Positions 10,902 through 24,900 of a DNA stretch of 64,000 nt are shown here, piece by piece. Location of the stretch: the NCBI RefSeq assembly GCF_030028105.1, contig NC_092379.1, positions 26,777,821 to 26,841,820 on the forward strand, written 5' to 3'. Below the pieces are notes generated by a model. It did no database searches. It was not told where the DNA came from and saw only the letters and a list, made by a program, of their open reading frames with translations. A program made the translations under genes and the position numbers. Within the stretch, counting starts at the first letter, position 1; each line of letters begins with the position of its first letter. Source of the stretch: Mobula birostris. Taxonomy: Eukaryota.

Positions 10902-13900
10902 TGTTATGGTCCCTTCTGGCAATCCCTCATTGACCAATTACCTCAGAAATTGAGCCTCAATCACCTCATTTAAATTCCAATCATTCCCACGTTCCACTAA
11001 CTGCGCACACCTGCTTCCCTTCAGGAACTGCAGGATAAAGACCCTGTGACCACACCAAGGAGTTGCTAGTTCGTTGGTCGACTCTTGCATGAGTAGCCTC
11101 GTTCCATGGTTCTTCGGACTATCAGTTCTAAGGCTAGCATCGTTCCGGAATTCACCACTAAAACGAAGACTTTGGCTAAAGACTCTCTAGACGCCAATTT
11201 CACGCTCGCTAAGACCATGACGCCTTCCGAATCGGCATCCGCGCCTGTGTTCAGCGCTTGGGTTTGCAGCACTCCCACGTACTTGCAACAGAACGAACTA
11301 ACTCTGTCCCTGCCTTCGCACCGCCTGTATAATTGTACTATCGATCTTCTCCCCGGGGCCCCGCTACCCACCAGTCGCATTTTTAACCTATCCCGACCGG
11401 AGAGAGAGGCAATGGAGAAATACATTAGCGAGTCCCTCGCGGCGTGCATCATCAGGCCTTCATCCTCCCTGGTAGGCGCCTTTTTTTTTTTTTTTGTAGA
11501 AAAGAAGGAATGGACGCTTAGCCCTTGTATCGACTACCGAGGCTTAAATAATATGAAAGTTAAGAGCAAGTAACGTCTGCCACTCGTTAGATCGGCATTT
11601 GAACCACTGCATGGCGACACCATCTTCAAAGCTGGACCTTTGCAATGCCTACAATTTAGTCAGGATGAGGGAGGGGGGTGAATGGAAGACGGCGTTCCAT
11701 ACACCTCTGGGCCACTTTAAATATTTGATTATGCCATTTGGCCTCACGAATGCTCCCACCGTTTTCCAAACTCTGATTAATGACATACTGAGGGACTTTA
11801 TCAATCAGTTCGTATTTGTTTGCCTTGACGATATGCTGGTATTTTCTAGCAGCGCCCAAGAGCACGTACACCATGTCCGTCAAGTCCTCCAGCGACTAGG
11901 GGAAAAACAGATGTTTGCAAAGGCGGAGAAATGCGAGTTTCACGTTCCTTCGGTCAGCTTCCTAGGCTGTATCATTGAAAGCAGGCAGGTAAAGGCAGAC
12001 CCCGACGAGATCCCGGCAGTGGAGGAATAGCCTAGACCCACGACACGCACACAACTTCAGCAATTCCTGGGGTTTACAAACTTCTAACGTAGATTCATCA
12101 GACACTACAGTCAAGAGGCGCCCCTTCTCTCCCGCCACCTACACCTTTACCCGGCTTACCTCGCCTACCACACGGTCTTGATGGGACACAGAAGCGGACT
12201 CGGCATACACCGACCTGTAGAGGCATTTCCCCACCGCTCCCATTCTGATCCATCCGGGCCCATCACGTCAATTCATCGTTGAAGTGGACGCCTCCGACTC
12301 CGGGATATGAGCAGTTCTATCCCGACGATCAAGTTCGGACGAAAAACTTCACTCCTGCGCCTTGTGCTCTCGCCGACTGCCCTCCGCCGAGCGGAACTAC
12401 GACGTGGCGAATCGGGAACTGCTGGCGATTAAGCTAGCACTGGAAGAAGGGAGGCACTGGTTGAAGGGGGAAGAACACCCGTTTGTTGTACGGACTGATC
12501 ATAAGAACCTGGGGTATATTCAGACCGCCAAGCGATTGAACTCTCGCCAGGCTCATTGCGTATTGTTTTTTCGGTTCAAGTTTACCCTCACGTACCGTCC
12601 AGGATCCAATAACGGGAAGCCGGACGCGCTATCCCGCCAGCATGATTCCAAGGATGACACCTCCGGTCCCGGGACTATCCTCCCACCATCCTGCGTGGTT
12701 GAAAATCTCACTTGGGAGATCGAGGCTAAAGTAAAGGAAACCCAACGGGACGACCCCGACCCTGTCAATGGACCCGCCGATATCCTATAGGTGCCCGTCT
12801 CCGTCAGGTCGCAGGTTCTCCAATGAGGGCACAAATCCCGGTTCGCCTGCCAACCCGGGAGTGATCGGACCCTGGCTCTCCTGAGAAAGCACCTTTGGTG
12901 GCCGTCCATGGAGGAGGACACACGTTCTTATGTCTCGGCTTGTTCCATCTGTGCCTGGGGAAAGGTCTGTATCGACCACTTGCGGAACTGGTCGTCCCTG
13001 GTCACACATCGCTGGAGACTTCATCAGTGGTCTATCCACTTCACGTGGAAACACCAGTGGACTCAATGTGGTAGACCGATTCTCTAAGGCGGTGAACTTT
13101 GAGGCCCTCCCCAAACTACCTTCCTTTCAAGAATCTGCAGATCTTCTCGTCGACTACGTCTTCCGCCTCCACGGAAACCCCGCGGACAGCGTCAGCTACT
13201 GAGGCCCCAGATCGTCTCACAGGTATGGAAGGCCTTCTACTAAGCCTTGGGCGCATCGGTCAGCCTGTCATCCGGCTTCAACACCTGGACGAACGGGCAG
13301 ACGGAACGGGTCAACCTAGACCTGGAGGCGAAGCTACGTTGTGCAACGGCAAACAACGCATCGACCTGGAGCGACCACTCCCCGTGGGTTGAGTACGCCC
13401 ACAACTCTCTAGTGATCTCTGCCATTGAAAGGTCTCCATTCTAGTGCTGCATTGGGTACCAACCCCCGCTGTTACCCGCGCAAGAGGAGGAGATTGCTGT
13501 ACCGTCGGTTCAGGACCATATTGATCTGTGCCGAAGGTTTTGGGAGGAAACACGCACGGCCCTACTCAGATCAACAAATCGAAATAAGAAGACCGACATT
13601 GCACTACGGCGCCGGAGTAGCAACCTGGGCAGATGGTGTGGCTTACCGCCAAGGACATACCGCTCAAGAACGAACATAAAAAACACACCCCTCGCTTCCT
13701 GGGGCCATTCAAGATTTAAAGGGTTATAAATCCCACAGCTGTCCGCCTTAAGCTGCCAAGATCCATGTGCATTCACCCAACGTTTCAGGTGTCTCAGTTA
13801 AAGCCAGTTTCTGTCAGCCCCTTGTGTCTCCCAGCTGAGATTCCCCACCTGCCCGTATCATTGACAACCATCCGGCAAACACCGAACGACGACGAGTAGA

Positions 13901-14466
13901 TGTGCGCCGTCGAGGCAGGGGACTCCAATACCCGGTGGACTGGGAAGCGTACGGTCCAGATAAGCGGTCCTGGAGTCCTCGCTCCTTTAGCCAAGACCCT
14001 TCCCTTTCCAGGACTTTCATCAGGACTATCGAAACAGGCCTGGATGATCGCCTGGAGGCTGCCGTTGAGAGGATGGTGCTGTCATGGTCCCTTTTGGCAC
14101 TCCCCCACCATGCCAGTTACCTCAGAAATTAGGCCTCAATCACCTCATTTAAATTGCAATCATTCCTACGTTCCATTAACTCCACCCACCTGCTTCCCAT
14201 CCGAAAAAGCAGGATAAAGACACTGTGACCACTACAAGGAGTTGCTAGTTCGTTGGGCGACTCTTGTATAAGTAGCCTCATTCCATGGTTCTTAAGACTA
14301 TCAGTCCTAATGCTAGCACCGTTCCTGAATTTTCTACAAAAAAACAAGACTTCGGCTAAATACTCTGGACACCAATTCCACGCTCGCTCAAACATAACAC
14401 CTCCGGACTCTGCCTCCACGCCTGTGTTCAGCACTAGGGTTCGTCTCACCACCAAGTCATGCAACA
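10902..14466 (+). mobile_element. Tf1/sushi-type chromovirus (gypsy), gag-protease deleted, decayed pol
   Basis: LTRs 10902-11290 and 14080-14466 (TG...CA); near-TSD TGGAA/TGGAG. Frameshifted RT ([33 protein letters not shown]), RNase H (RTDHKNL), integrase ([19 protein letters not shown]) and a chromodomain ([16 protein letters not shown]) before the PPT. Confidence 0.92.
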
Positions 14467-14999
14467 TGGAGCTTCTGAAAAATATTTTCCGAATAGTAAG
14501 TGCACGCAATTTGACAAAGTTTTAAGAGCACAATGCATCTGAGAATATACCGCCAATTCCATCATGCTTGTGGGGAAAAAAAAAAAAAAGTCATAAACAG
14601 TTGGATATATTACTGCACCGAATTGAAGATACCTTTTTCAGACTTTGCAACGGAGGGCACTTAAAGTCACGAGCAGTTCTCCTTTTCCAGACTAAACGTG
14701 AGTAATATTTACCGAATGTTTTCAGGGAACTCTGATTCGTTTACTTTCAAGGGATTATTGGATTATGGTTTGTATCTTTCACTGTTATGGCTCGCGCTGA
14801 ATGTTATGTCAGCGAAAATAACTTGGATGCTAATCTGTAAGTAAAACTAATTTCAAACCTCATCGGCTGCAACAGCACCACCTAATATCGCCGCCACATG
14901 ACCCTCCTCCCCCGAGAGAAAACAGCAGGCTGCGCCGCAATGAGAACTACTGGCTTTCGAAAACAACACACTTGTTTCTTTTTCTTTTTTTTTCCGTTT

Positions 15000-15212
15000 A
15001 CCTATTGAGAGAAGATATTGAACCTGCTGAGAGTCTCCAGTATTTTCAAATTACTTTATTTAATTCTGATCTCCGCCTTCCGTTTATGACAGTTTTGTTG
15101 CAAACTGCAGAAAGATTAGAACTGAAAAAAAAAACGTATGTGTGAACTGACAGATTTCAAGCAATAAAATGATTAACGAAAAGTTTATAGCGAGGCGATT
15201 AGCACTTAGCTG

Positions 15213-15247
<35 letters not shown>

Positions 15248-16260
15248 GAATAACATCTAGTATGGTTGGTGTGTGGACAATGCAGAAAACTGTTCAACCG
15301 ATATTTGGATGAGATCAGTTACCCAATATGTTATGTAGATGTCATAAGTCATATGCACTAGACAATCTGATGGAGAAAGTAACTGGGTCAACGACCTTCG
15401 ATCGGCAGGAATGACATTTGCCGTTATGAATCAGAATCTGCATTAAGACAGGAATTGAAGGATAGGATAAATAAGCATATAACAGCACGTAGTGGTGGAA
15501 ACAATGCAAACTCGCAAGTGAAAAGCTAAACCAGATGAAGAGAAAGACAGGCAGGCGTTGGATGTGTATGAAATAAAAACAAAGGTTGAGGTGAAATGAG
15601 AAAGAGCTAAAGGGCGTAGTCAGAACGAATCTAACAGGAGGCGACGGTTGACCAGGGAAGAATGGGAAGGAGAAGGGGGTCGACATCGTGAACGTGGGCA
15701 GGCGTGGAGAAAAAAAAATGGGGTAAGTATGAGGGCAAAATCGGAAATGAAATGAATGAGAGGGAGACAGGTCAGCGGAAGTTAGAGAACTCAATGTTCA
15801 TGCCATCAGTTTGAAGTCTGTCTGTACGGAATATCAGAAGTTCTGCCACACTAACGCGTGACAATTAACGGGAATATGTACAACTATGTTGCGATTTGAA
15901 TCGACAGAATAAAAATGGGAGCTAGTGAGGATGATTGATGAATTTCTGAGGCCATGTTTCATATTTATAAGTTGTTGGCGAGACTGCACCTCGATAATGT
16001 GTGCAGTTCCAGTAGCTAAATTACTAGACTAAGTGATTCATCCATTGATGGTGGAGAGAAAAGTTCATAATGTTGTTGCCGGTACTGCAAATATTAAAGA
16101 CAGAATCATCTCGAGATGCACTAAAGCCAGAGTTCTAGACACAAAATGCTGAACGAGCTCAGCAGGTCAGTCAGCAGCTCTCGAGGGAATAAACATTCGG
16201 GCCGAGACTCTTCGTCAGGACAACAAATGAATGAGGATGAAGCCGATACTGTGGAAGGAA
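15000..16260 (-). mobile_element. Penelope-like element remnant (GIY-YIG C-terminus, 3' region, degenerate hammerhead motif)
   Basis: Minus strand at about 15830-15775 reads LIFRTDRLQTDGMNIEFSNFR*, a PLE C-terminal motif. 16219-16191 reads CCTGACGAAGAGTCTCGGCCCGAATGTTT, with a CUGANGA core and a damaged GAAA. Confidence 0.65.
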
Positions 16261-16339
16261 GAGAAGGACGTAACATAATCTTCAAAAAGAACGATGAAGT
16301 CAAGTGAGAGGGAAGGTAGCATGCAGCCGTGTGACGTGT

Positions 16340-17852
16340 CTCCAGCTTCGCTTCACTGAGAAACCACAGATTCGTTTATGTCAGCGTTTATGTCAGCGTT
16401 TATGTCACTTAAAAACGTTGTACCAGTAAATCGCTGCCATTTTTATTTTGTTACAGCTTTGTTTTATATTTGCAGTCTCGTATTGGGCAGTGCAGACCTT
16501 ACAAAAGTACGGCAAGCAAAAGATTGAGAAAAGTTTGTCGTTCGACGGTTTTATAAATGATTGACCTTATTAAATCTTCGTTCTGCAATAGTGGCCTGTA
16601 TGTGAGATAACGACTGTAAGATCAGCAACGACTGTGCAGTGTTCACTCTCCAGGAAAAAGGTCAGTTCCTTTAAGCCGTTTTATTTCCCTCCTCCTGAAC
16701 CCGGTGGACAAGGCATCTCTATCTGGGATGAGCAGTAAAATCACGTCTTCAAAAAAAAAAAAGTTTTCAGAGAAGTTTACCATTACTGACTGTATACATC
16801 ACTTGGACTTTCGAATTTCCACTTTAAGACTGTGTTTGACTTTACCACTTGAAGAGCTATCTAGCGTTTGGCTGTTTGTTAAATTGCTGCATAGCAGTTA
16901 ACTTCCGGTTATGTTTGTCGTTTGTTTACTTTTCACTATTGTTCAGCAGAGTTCAGTAAATCTGTACGTTTGTTTATAAAACCTGACTCAATTCTTTATC
17001 CATTGTTGCTGGCCACGTAATAGCAATTGGAAGCTCGTCCGTGATGGTTCCAGATTTGAACTTAAGTGCTTGTGTAATAATCAATCTGATTTGGAAAATG
17101 GAATTACCTGATTCTTTTGTTTGATTCGTCTGGGGTTGGTAATCGGCAGCAATGAATATTCACGACTTTCTATCTTTGCTGGGCACGGAGGTATTAGCGA
17201 AGGCAAAAATGAGGTTGTATCCGAGATTGTTGGGAGCTTGGACCTTAAAGGAATTTCGATGGTAACAACAAAGCTAGTAATTCAGAGAAAAATCGCGGAA
17301 CACTATATAAAATCGGGAGATTTTGATGACAAAGTGTTAGATATGTTTCCAATGATTAATCTCGAGATGCAATTACATATCGAACAAATAAAGTTAGAAC
17401 AATTTAAAGTGGACTTGGAATTGGAAGGGAGGGAATTAGAAGCTAGAGAAGCGATAGAGGGAGTTTGAACTAGCGCTGGAGAAATTAAAGTCCGATAATC
17501 AGTTCTCAGATTCTAGGAAACCATTTATTGCTAGCCGGGAAGTTATATTGGCTCCTCCATTTAATGAGGCAGAAACAGAAAAAATAATTCACGCATTTTG
17601 AAATTTTTGCTGTGATTTCAGTGGCCGAAAGATATATGGCCAGTGATGTTATAAAGTGTAAATAAAGGTAATGCACAACACGTTTCTACAGTTTTAACTG
17701 CTGTGCAAGCAATTGGTTATAATACTGTGAAGCAGCATATACTGAAATCATATGAACTGGTTCCGGAAGCTTACAGAGAAAGATTCAGAAATTTGAAGAA
17801 ATCCGTGGGCAAATCGTATGTTGAATTTGCCTACGATAAATCTGTGTGCTTT
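16340..17852 (+). mobile_element. Gmr1-like gypsy element 5' part (LTR, tRNA-Pro PBS, SCAN-like gag)
   Basis: PBS-like TTGGAAGCTCGTCCGTGAT at about 17026-17045, then gag fragments including YELVPEAYRERFRN. Truncated by a CR1 fragment. LTR start is approximate. Confidence 0.7.
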
Positions 17853-18920
17853 CCTCTTCACATATCTAAGCAGTTTTTGCTGTCCTGCTTTATATTTTTT
17901 CGCTAGCTTACCTTCTGACCTCAACTTTTGCCCCCGCATTGCCTTTTTAGTTATCTTCTGATCCTTAAAAGTCTCCCAATCCTCTGGCTTCCCACTCATC
18001 CAGGCTATGTTATACTTCCTCTTTTATTTTTATACTGTCCTTGACTTCACTTGTCATCCACCGTCGCCCCTGAGGCCCTTAGATCCGTTCTTCCTCTTTG
18101 GAATGCAGTGATCCTGCACCTTCTGTATTATTCCCAATAATACCTGCCATTATTATTCCACTGTCATCCCTGCTAGGGTATCCTTCCAGTTAACTTTTGC
18201 CAGCTCCTCCCTCATGTGTCCATAGTCCCCTTTGTTGAACTGTAAGACTGATATTTCCGGTCTTCCCTTCTCCCTCTCCAATCGCAGGTTATAACTTATC
18301 ATATTATGGTCGCTAACTCCTAATGTCTCCTTTACGTCGAGTTCCCTTATCAATTCTGGCTCATTACACGGCACTAAATCCAGGATTGCCGTCTCTCTGG
18401 TAGGCTGTAATACAAGCTGCTCTAAGAATCAATCTCTGAAGCATTCTAGAAACTCCCTTTCTTGGGGTGCAGTACCAACCTGGTTTTCCCAGTCTACCTG
18501 CATATTAAAATCCCCCATAACAACTGTAGAATTTCTTTTGCGACATGCCAATTTTAATTCTTGACTTAAATTGCACCCTTTACTCATGCAAATGTTTGGG
18601 GGCCTGTAGATAACTCCCATCAGTGTCTTTTTGCCCTTACACTTTCTCAGTTCTATCCATACTGACTCAACATCTCCTGATTCTATGTCCCCCCTCGCAA
18701 GTGACTAAATTTCACTCCTCACCAACAGAGACACCCTACCCACTCAGCCAACTTGCCTGTCTTTTCGGTAGGTTGTATATGCCTGAATATTCATTTCCCA
18801 GCCCTACCCCTCTTGCCACCATGTCTCTGTTATACCCACAGCATCACACTTGCCAATTTCCAACTGAACCTCAGGCTCGTCCACTTTAATCCTTATACCC
18901 CGTGCATTCATATATAATAC
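17853..18920 (-). mobile_element. CR1 LINE ORF2 fragment (endonuclease end and linker)
   Basis: Minus-strand ORFs GVIYRPPN...VVMGDFNMQVDW and LGVSDHNMISYNL...FNKGDY. Confidence 0.9.
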
Positions 18921-18924
18921 TATT

Positions 18925-21900
18925 AATCCAGGAATGTAACGACTAAAACTGTAACAAAGGCTCTAATAAAATACTACGCTTATTTTGTGTAACCTACGGA
19001 ATTACAATCTGATCTTTGTGACGGGTCCTGAGCTACCCCTATGAACTGTGCTTTCCAAAAGGGAGAGACAGTTATTTAACTTCGATATTTTGTTTTGAAA
19101 AGAAAGAGATAGAGGTGAAGACTAACTGTTGGACTGTCATTTTAAGGTGAAGAGAAAGAACTGGTGAACTTTTGGACTTCTGCTGAGTTGGAGACAACAC
19201 CGAGGAGCTCGAAAGTTGCTATGCTAACCGAAGACAGGTTGTTGATACTTCTCAAGGGCAGTTCGCCTGCTTGTGCATTTCTTCACAGAAAGGAGGAGTT
19301 ATTTGAATGACAGTTGATGGTCAGCACGGGAAGATTAAATGAGGTCAGATGATAGACCACAGACACATGTTCAGGGCACTGAATGAGCAATGTTCTGCAC
19401 GCAGGAATACTGGGTTTGGAAGGAACGATCAGGCGGATCGATCCATCGCTCTTGCACGGAAAACAGGAAAGTGGTTGATGGTGGGGAGCTGTCCAGGTTT
19501 TCATCGTCGACTGGGGGGGGGGGGGGGGGGTGTTGCTCCACAACAGAAAACCGGTTCTCTTTGTTAATGTCACAGTCGGTGACTTTTATAGGACTTTGAA
19601 GGACAACGAGAAAATCGATGGCGTTAACTCATCTCAAATCTCTCACTTTCTCTCTCCATCACTACCAACTCAATACCAGGAACTGAATTGAAGTGAACTT
19701 TGCTCACTATCATAAGACTGTATCTTTTTACCCCTAGACTTAAAGAAGTTTGGTTTTTCATACATATATTTCCGCACTTACTGATGTACTTACATGTATA
19801 ATCATTGCTAACCTGTTTGATTTATCTACACTTAGATTATTGTATTGCGTAGTTACTAATAAATATTAGTAATTTATAGCAATACTGGATTCCAAAGTAT
19901 TTTCCATCTCTGCTGATTCTTTATTCCCGGCACGGTTCCCTCACAAAATTTGGGCTTGCGTCCGTGATATGAACAAATTGGTTGGGAGGCTTGTTTGAAT
20001 TGATTGAGGAAAATCCATTCTAATTCGGTTGTGTGGAAATACAGCAGAAATGGATGTTAGTGTTCAGGAGTTCATGTTGGAACCAACGCCCGAAACGTTG
20101 GATGATGCTACGAGGGTTGTGCTGTTGGGAATTGCTCGAAAGTTAAACCTAAAGGTGACCACTATAATGAGTAAAGCTCAGATGCGGAAGGTAATGGCCC
20201 AGCATTATATAGATTAGGGAAAGTTTGATGAGAAGGCGTTAGAGTTGTTTGTGGAAGATAAACCTATTGAGGATGAGCTTCAGGTTCATTTGGGGAAAAT
20301 TAAGAATGGGGCATGAGTTGACATTAAATAGCTCAAGGGAGGCTAGAGAGGCAGCAGAGTGGAATCAAGAGGCAGCAAGTCAGAGAAGAGGCAGAAAGAC
20401 AGACAGCTCGAGAGTGAGAAATGGCAACGTGAAGATTACTTGGCAGACACGCAGAGGCGGTTTGAGCTGGAAAAGATAGAGATGTTGCAGCCAAGAGGTT
20501 CAGAGTCGGACCCTGACAATTTTTACAGCTCGGAAGGAATGTTTTGTGAGACAAATTGAAAAAGCTATGTTCTTGATGATGCTAGGGCATACCCACATTC
20601 AGAGGATGCCACTACGCTGCAGAGGTTTGATAACATGCAGACGAAGAAGTTTTAACCCACGAGTTGGAGTTTGCTAGAGAAGAGCTGGGAGGTTCGGGGA
20701 GACCTTGAATCTGAAACTGGGGCAAGTGATGACAGCCCAGAAGATGCAGCTGTCCTGATTGAATGTAATCAGGTTATTGAACTACCTGCGAATTAAAAGC
20801 ATTCTGACCCTTAAGTTAAAGCTCAGTTAAAGTCTGAAGTGTCTGACTTGGTTGAAAAGGAATGCAGATTTTTTTTTTTGTATCAGATGATCTTGGTTCA
20901 GTGAATAAGGGGTTAAACTTGGTACCAGTGGAATGTGAGGATTCTCAGTCACTTGTAGTAGTCCGTGTTTTAAAAGTTCGTGAAGAGGTGGAAATGGATG
21001 AAGTCAGTTATTCTAAAAATAATGGGAAAAGTGCTGTCCCTGGACTTCTGGATAAAGTGCTGGACAAAGTTGGTTTGGTTGCGTGACCTTTAACCCTGCG
21101 TGTTTGACAAAGGCCTGCTGAGAAAGCATGTGCTACTGTTTTTTTTTTTTTGTTTGCCCATTTGGGCACCTGAAAGGTCATGTTGTTCTGAAGAAGAAAA
21201 TCTGTTATGATCTTGGGGTAAAAGTTGTTATGGAAGCAAGTCGAAGTGAAGGTCATAATCAGATGGGTGGGTTGTTTGGTCTCCATAATATATACATGGT
21301 TCTTATCAGCCTGGTGATGGTGCTGAGTTTAGTAAACAATGGAGGCATGTTGACACCTCTCCATGATAAGGGTGTTTCAGAAATTCAACTGACGAGCAAA
21401 GCGGCTGTTGAGGCCGAGGGTAGCAAAACCAGAGCGTTAAGGTATGATGCCGTGACACAGACTTTTCTACCTTCCAGATTTCAGCAGGACTTACAGGGTA
21501 GTAAGGCGGAGAAGAGTAAGTTGTATGAGAAAGGTGTGTCTTAATTGAGGAAGGAATTTATAGGAGAACAGAAGCGAGAATCTGGAATAGTGGCATTAAT
21601 AGAGATAGCTCTCACAGGAGAGGAGATTCAGAAAGAGTCAGTGGGACATTACCTTAAAGATGCGGTGTTAATGAGGAGGTGGAGGCCAGCCACAGTGCCT
21701 GCACGTCACGTGGTGGTCCTGAAAGTGTACGGGCCTGAAATTTTAAACATGGCCTACAGTATGCCTTTAGGTGGACCTCATGGAGTGAGAAAGACAGTGA
21801 ACAGGATTAGGAAGGAATTTTACTGGCCCAATTTAAGGAAGGATCTTGTGATTTTTTTTACAGGATTTGCGTAACTTGTCAAGTTAAGGTGAAACCTAAA

Positions 21901-24900
21901 CAAGTTATTCAGGTAACAGGACTTAAACTAATATCTGCTTTTAGAAGACTTTTTCCTAGGGACATAGTGGAATGTGTACCCCATTGCAGAAGAACCTTTG
22001 ACCCTACTCAGAGGACTATGGTCTGATTCAGAAAAATGTGTCAGTGTGTTTCAGTATGTATTGCAATTCTGGGAAATATTTAGTAAGCTTTGTGTCCTTG
22101 CAAAGGAAAGTTTACAAGATGGTCGAATCAAAATAAAACACTTGTTTGCCAGCATTGCAGCTGGGAGAATTGTTATTGAACAAGATGGAGTCGTGGAATC
22201 TGATAATGGAGTGGAGAAAACAAGTTTACCCACGGAATCTAGTCTCACCAAAATGTCAGAATTCCATTGTTTCGAAACATATTACTGATAAGGTCCAGCA
22301 ACTGGACCCTGAACCGCAAAAAACAAGTGAAAGGATTAATTGACCTTTTGAATAGGTGCACAGGTGCAGTGCATCACGTCACTATAAATTCTGTCCAGCC
22401 CATGAAACAGCATCCTCACGGAGAGAACTGAGGAAAGTAAAATGGTTGAAGAAATTAGAAGCAAGGAAGAACGAGGAAAGAGAACAGATGATTGCACTGA
22501 TAAAGTAGGGAAGGAAAAATAACTTATTAAGATTAACTTATTAAAAGGATACTGGGGTGTTCCTTTAACGGAGGGGGTTACATAGATGTCAGCATTTGTG
22601 ACACCATATAGACTGTATGAATACAATGTTTTACATTTCGTGATGAAAACCGCTCCAGGGACATTTCAAAAATGTTCAGTTCTGTGATTGGAGGGTTGGA
22701 AAGCACAGGGGTTTATATCAATGATTTAGTCGTCTTGATTGGCACGTGGGAAGAACGGATTGCAGCTGTAGAAAAACGTTTTGACGGACTTTCCAAGGCC
22801 TATCTTACTGTGAACCTGTCATGCTACTGTTATTTATCTTGGCGACGTAGTAGGCCAGGGCCACCTGGCTTCAGTAAAGGCCAAGGTTCAAGTTATTGCT
22901 GAAGTTCCTGTTCAGACCAGCAAGGAAGCTTTGAGAAAGTTTTTTTTTTTTTTTAGGAATGGCTGGGTGTTACTGGAAGTTATATAAGAACTTTGCTGAT
23001 TCCAGTATCCCACTAACAAAACTCCCAGGGAGGACTGAAAGATTTGTATGGAGTGATCTTTGCCAGGAGGCATTTGAACGACTAAAAACCATCCTGTATT
23101 ATTATTATGTGCTCAAAGCAATGTTTTTTTTTCTTCAATACCATTCTCCATAGCAACAGATGCAAGTGACGAAGCTGCTGGGTCAGTACTGTTATAGGAA
23201 GGAGTGAATGGCATTCAGAATCCAGTAGCTTAAATCTCAAATAACTTTAATGTGCACCAGAAAATTATTGAACTGTTGGAAAGAAATTGCTAGCACTTAT
23301 TCTGGCTTTACAACATTACAACATTTTGAGGCCTATGATCAGAGACCTCAAAATCTCTCTGTTGTCCAGAGACCACTTCTGATTTACACAGATCATAAAC
23401 CGGTGATATTTCAAACTAAGATGAAGGAGAAGTATAGAAGGCTGTTAAATTGGAGTCTGATATGTGAAAGGTACTGAAAATATTATAGCTGATTAGTTAT
23501 CCAGATATTAAGTTGGACATTTTACATTTTTGTTCTGTCATCTGTTGATTTTATCTGCATTGTTTCAAACTTTGTAATTTAAATTTAGACAAACAAAATC
23601 GTCTTCGTCATTTTTTTTTCCCGTGAGGAAGGGGAGTGTGACGTGGCTGTGAGATACCCCTGTGAAATGTGCTTTTAAGAAGGGAGAGGGGATTTTTTTT
23701 TTATATATCGATCTCTTGTTTTGAAGAGAGACTAGACTAACTGCTGGACTGTCACTTTCAGACACAAGAAAGAACTGGTTAACTTTTCGATTTCTGCTGA
23801 GTTGGAGACAGCACCGAGCAGCTCGAAAGTTGCTACGGTGACTGAAGACAGGTTGCTGATACTTTTCAAGGATAGTTCGCCTGCTTGTGCATTTCTTCAC
23901 AGTCAGAGGAAGGAGGACTTATTTGTGTGACAGTTAATGCTCAGCACGGGAAGATAAAATCGGAGGTCAGATGATAGACCGCAGACACATGTACTGGAGG
24001 CTGTGGAGACTAAATGAGAATTGTTGTGCCTGCAGGAAAAGTGGGTTTTGGAGGATCGATCCATCGCTCTTGCACTGAACACAGGAAAGGGGTTGACTGG
24101 TGGGGAGTTGTCCATGTGTTCACCATCGCCTGGGAGATAGCTCCACAACAGAAAACCGGTCCTTTTTGTTTGTCATAGTCGGTGATTTTTTTTTAAAGGA
24201 CTTCGAAGGACAACGAGAAAATTGATGACATGAGCTCTCCTCAAGTCTTTCACTTTTTCTCCATCACTACTCAACTCAATACCCTGAACTGAACTTTACT
24301 CATCATAAGACTGTATCTTTTTTTTTTACCCCTAGACTTAAGGAAGCTTGGTATTTCATACATATATTTTCACATTTACTGATAAACTAACTTATATATG
24401 TATAACCATTGCTAACCTGTGTGATTTATCTACATTTATATTACTGTATTGCGTAGTTACGAATACATTTTAGTAGTTTATAGCAATACTGGACTCCAAA
24501 GTGTTTTCCATCTCTGCTGGTTCGTTATTCCCGTCATGAGGTTCGTGGTATCATGTAGTTATTTTATGTCTGCGTTGCTCCAGCAGATAATTTATAAACT
24601 GGGAGTCAAAGAGATTACCTCCTCTGCATACCTTGCTGAATTGCAAGGAGCCTTGGAGGGGTTCCATTCTACACTCAAAACCATGATTATGACGTATTAT
24701 GTGGGACATGAGAGAAAAAAAGATTGGGATGTGGGCGAGAATTTACACTTATTTGCAGTCAGGGAGTCTGTGCAAGAATCCTTAGGTTTTAATCCTTTTG
24801 AACTTGTGATTGGCAATAGAGTGGGAGGACCTTTGGCCTTGATAAAAGAACAGTGGATTAATAAAGAGGTACAGAGTAATGTGCCCGATTATGTTTTGAA

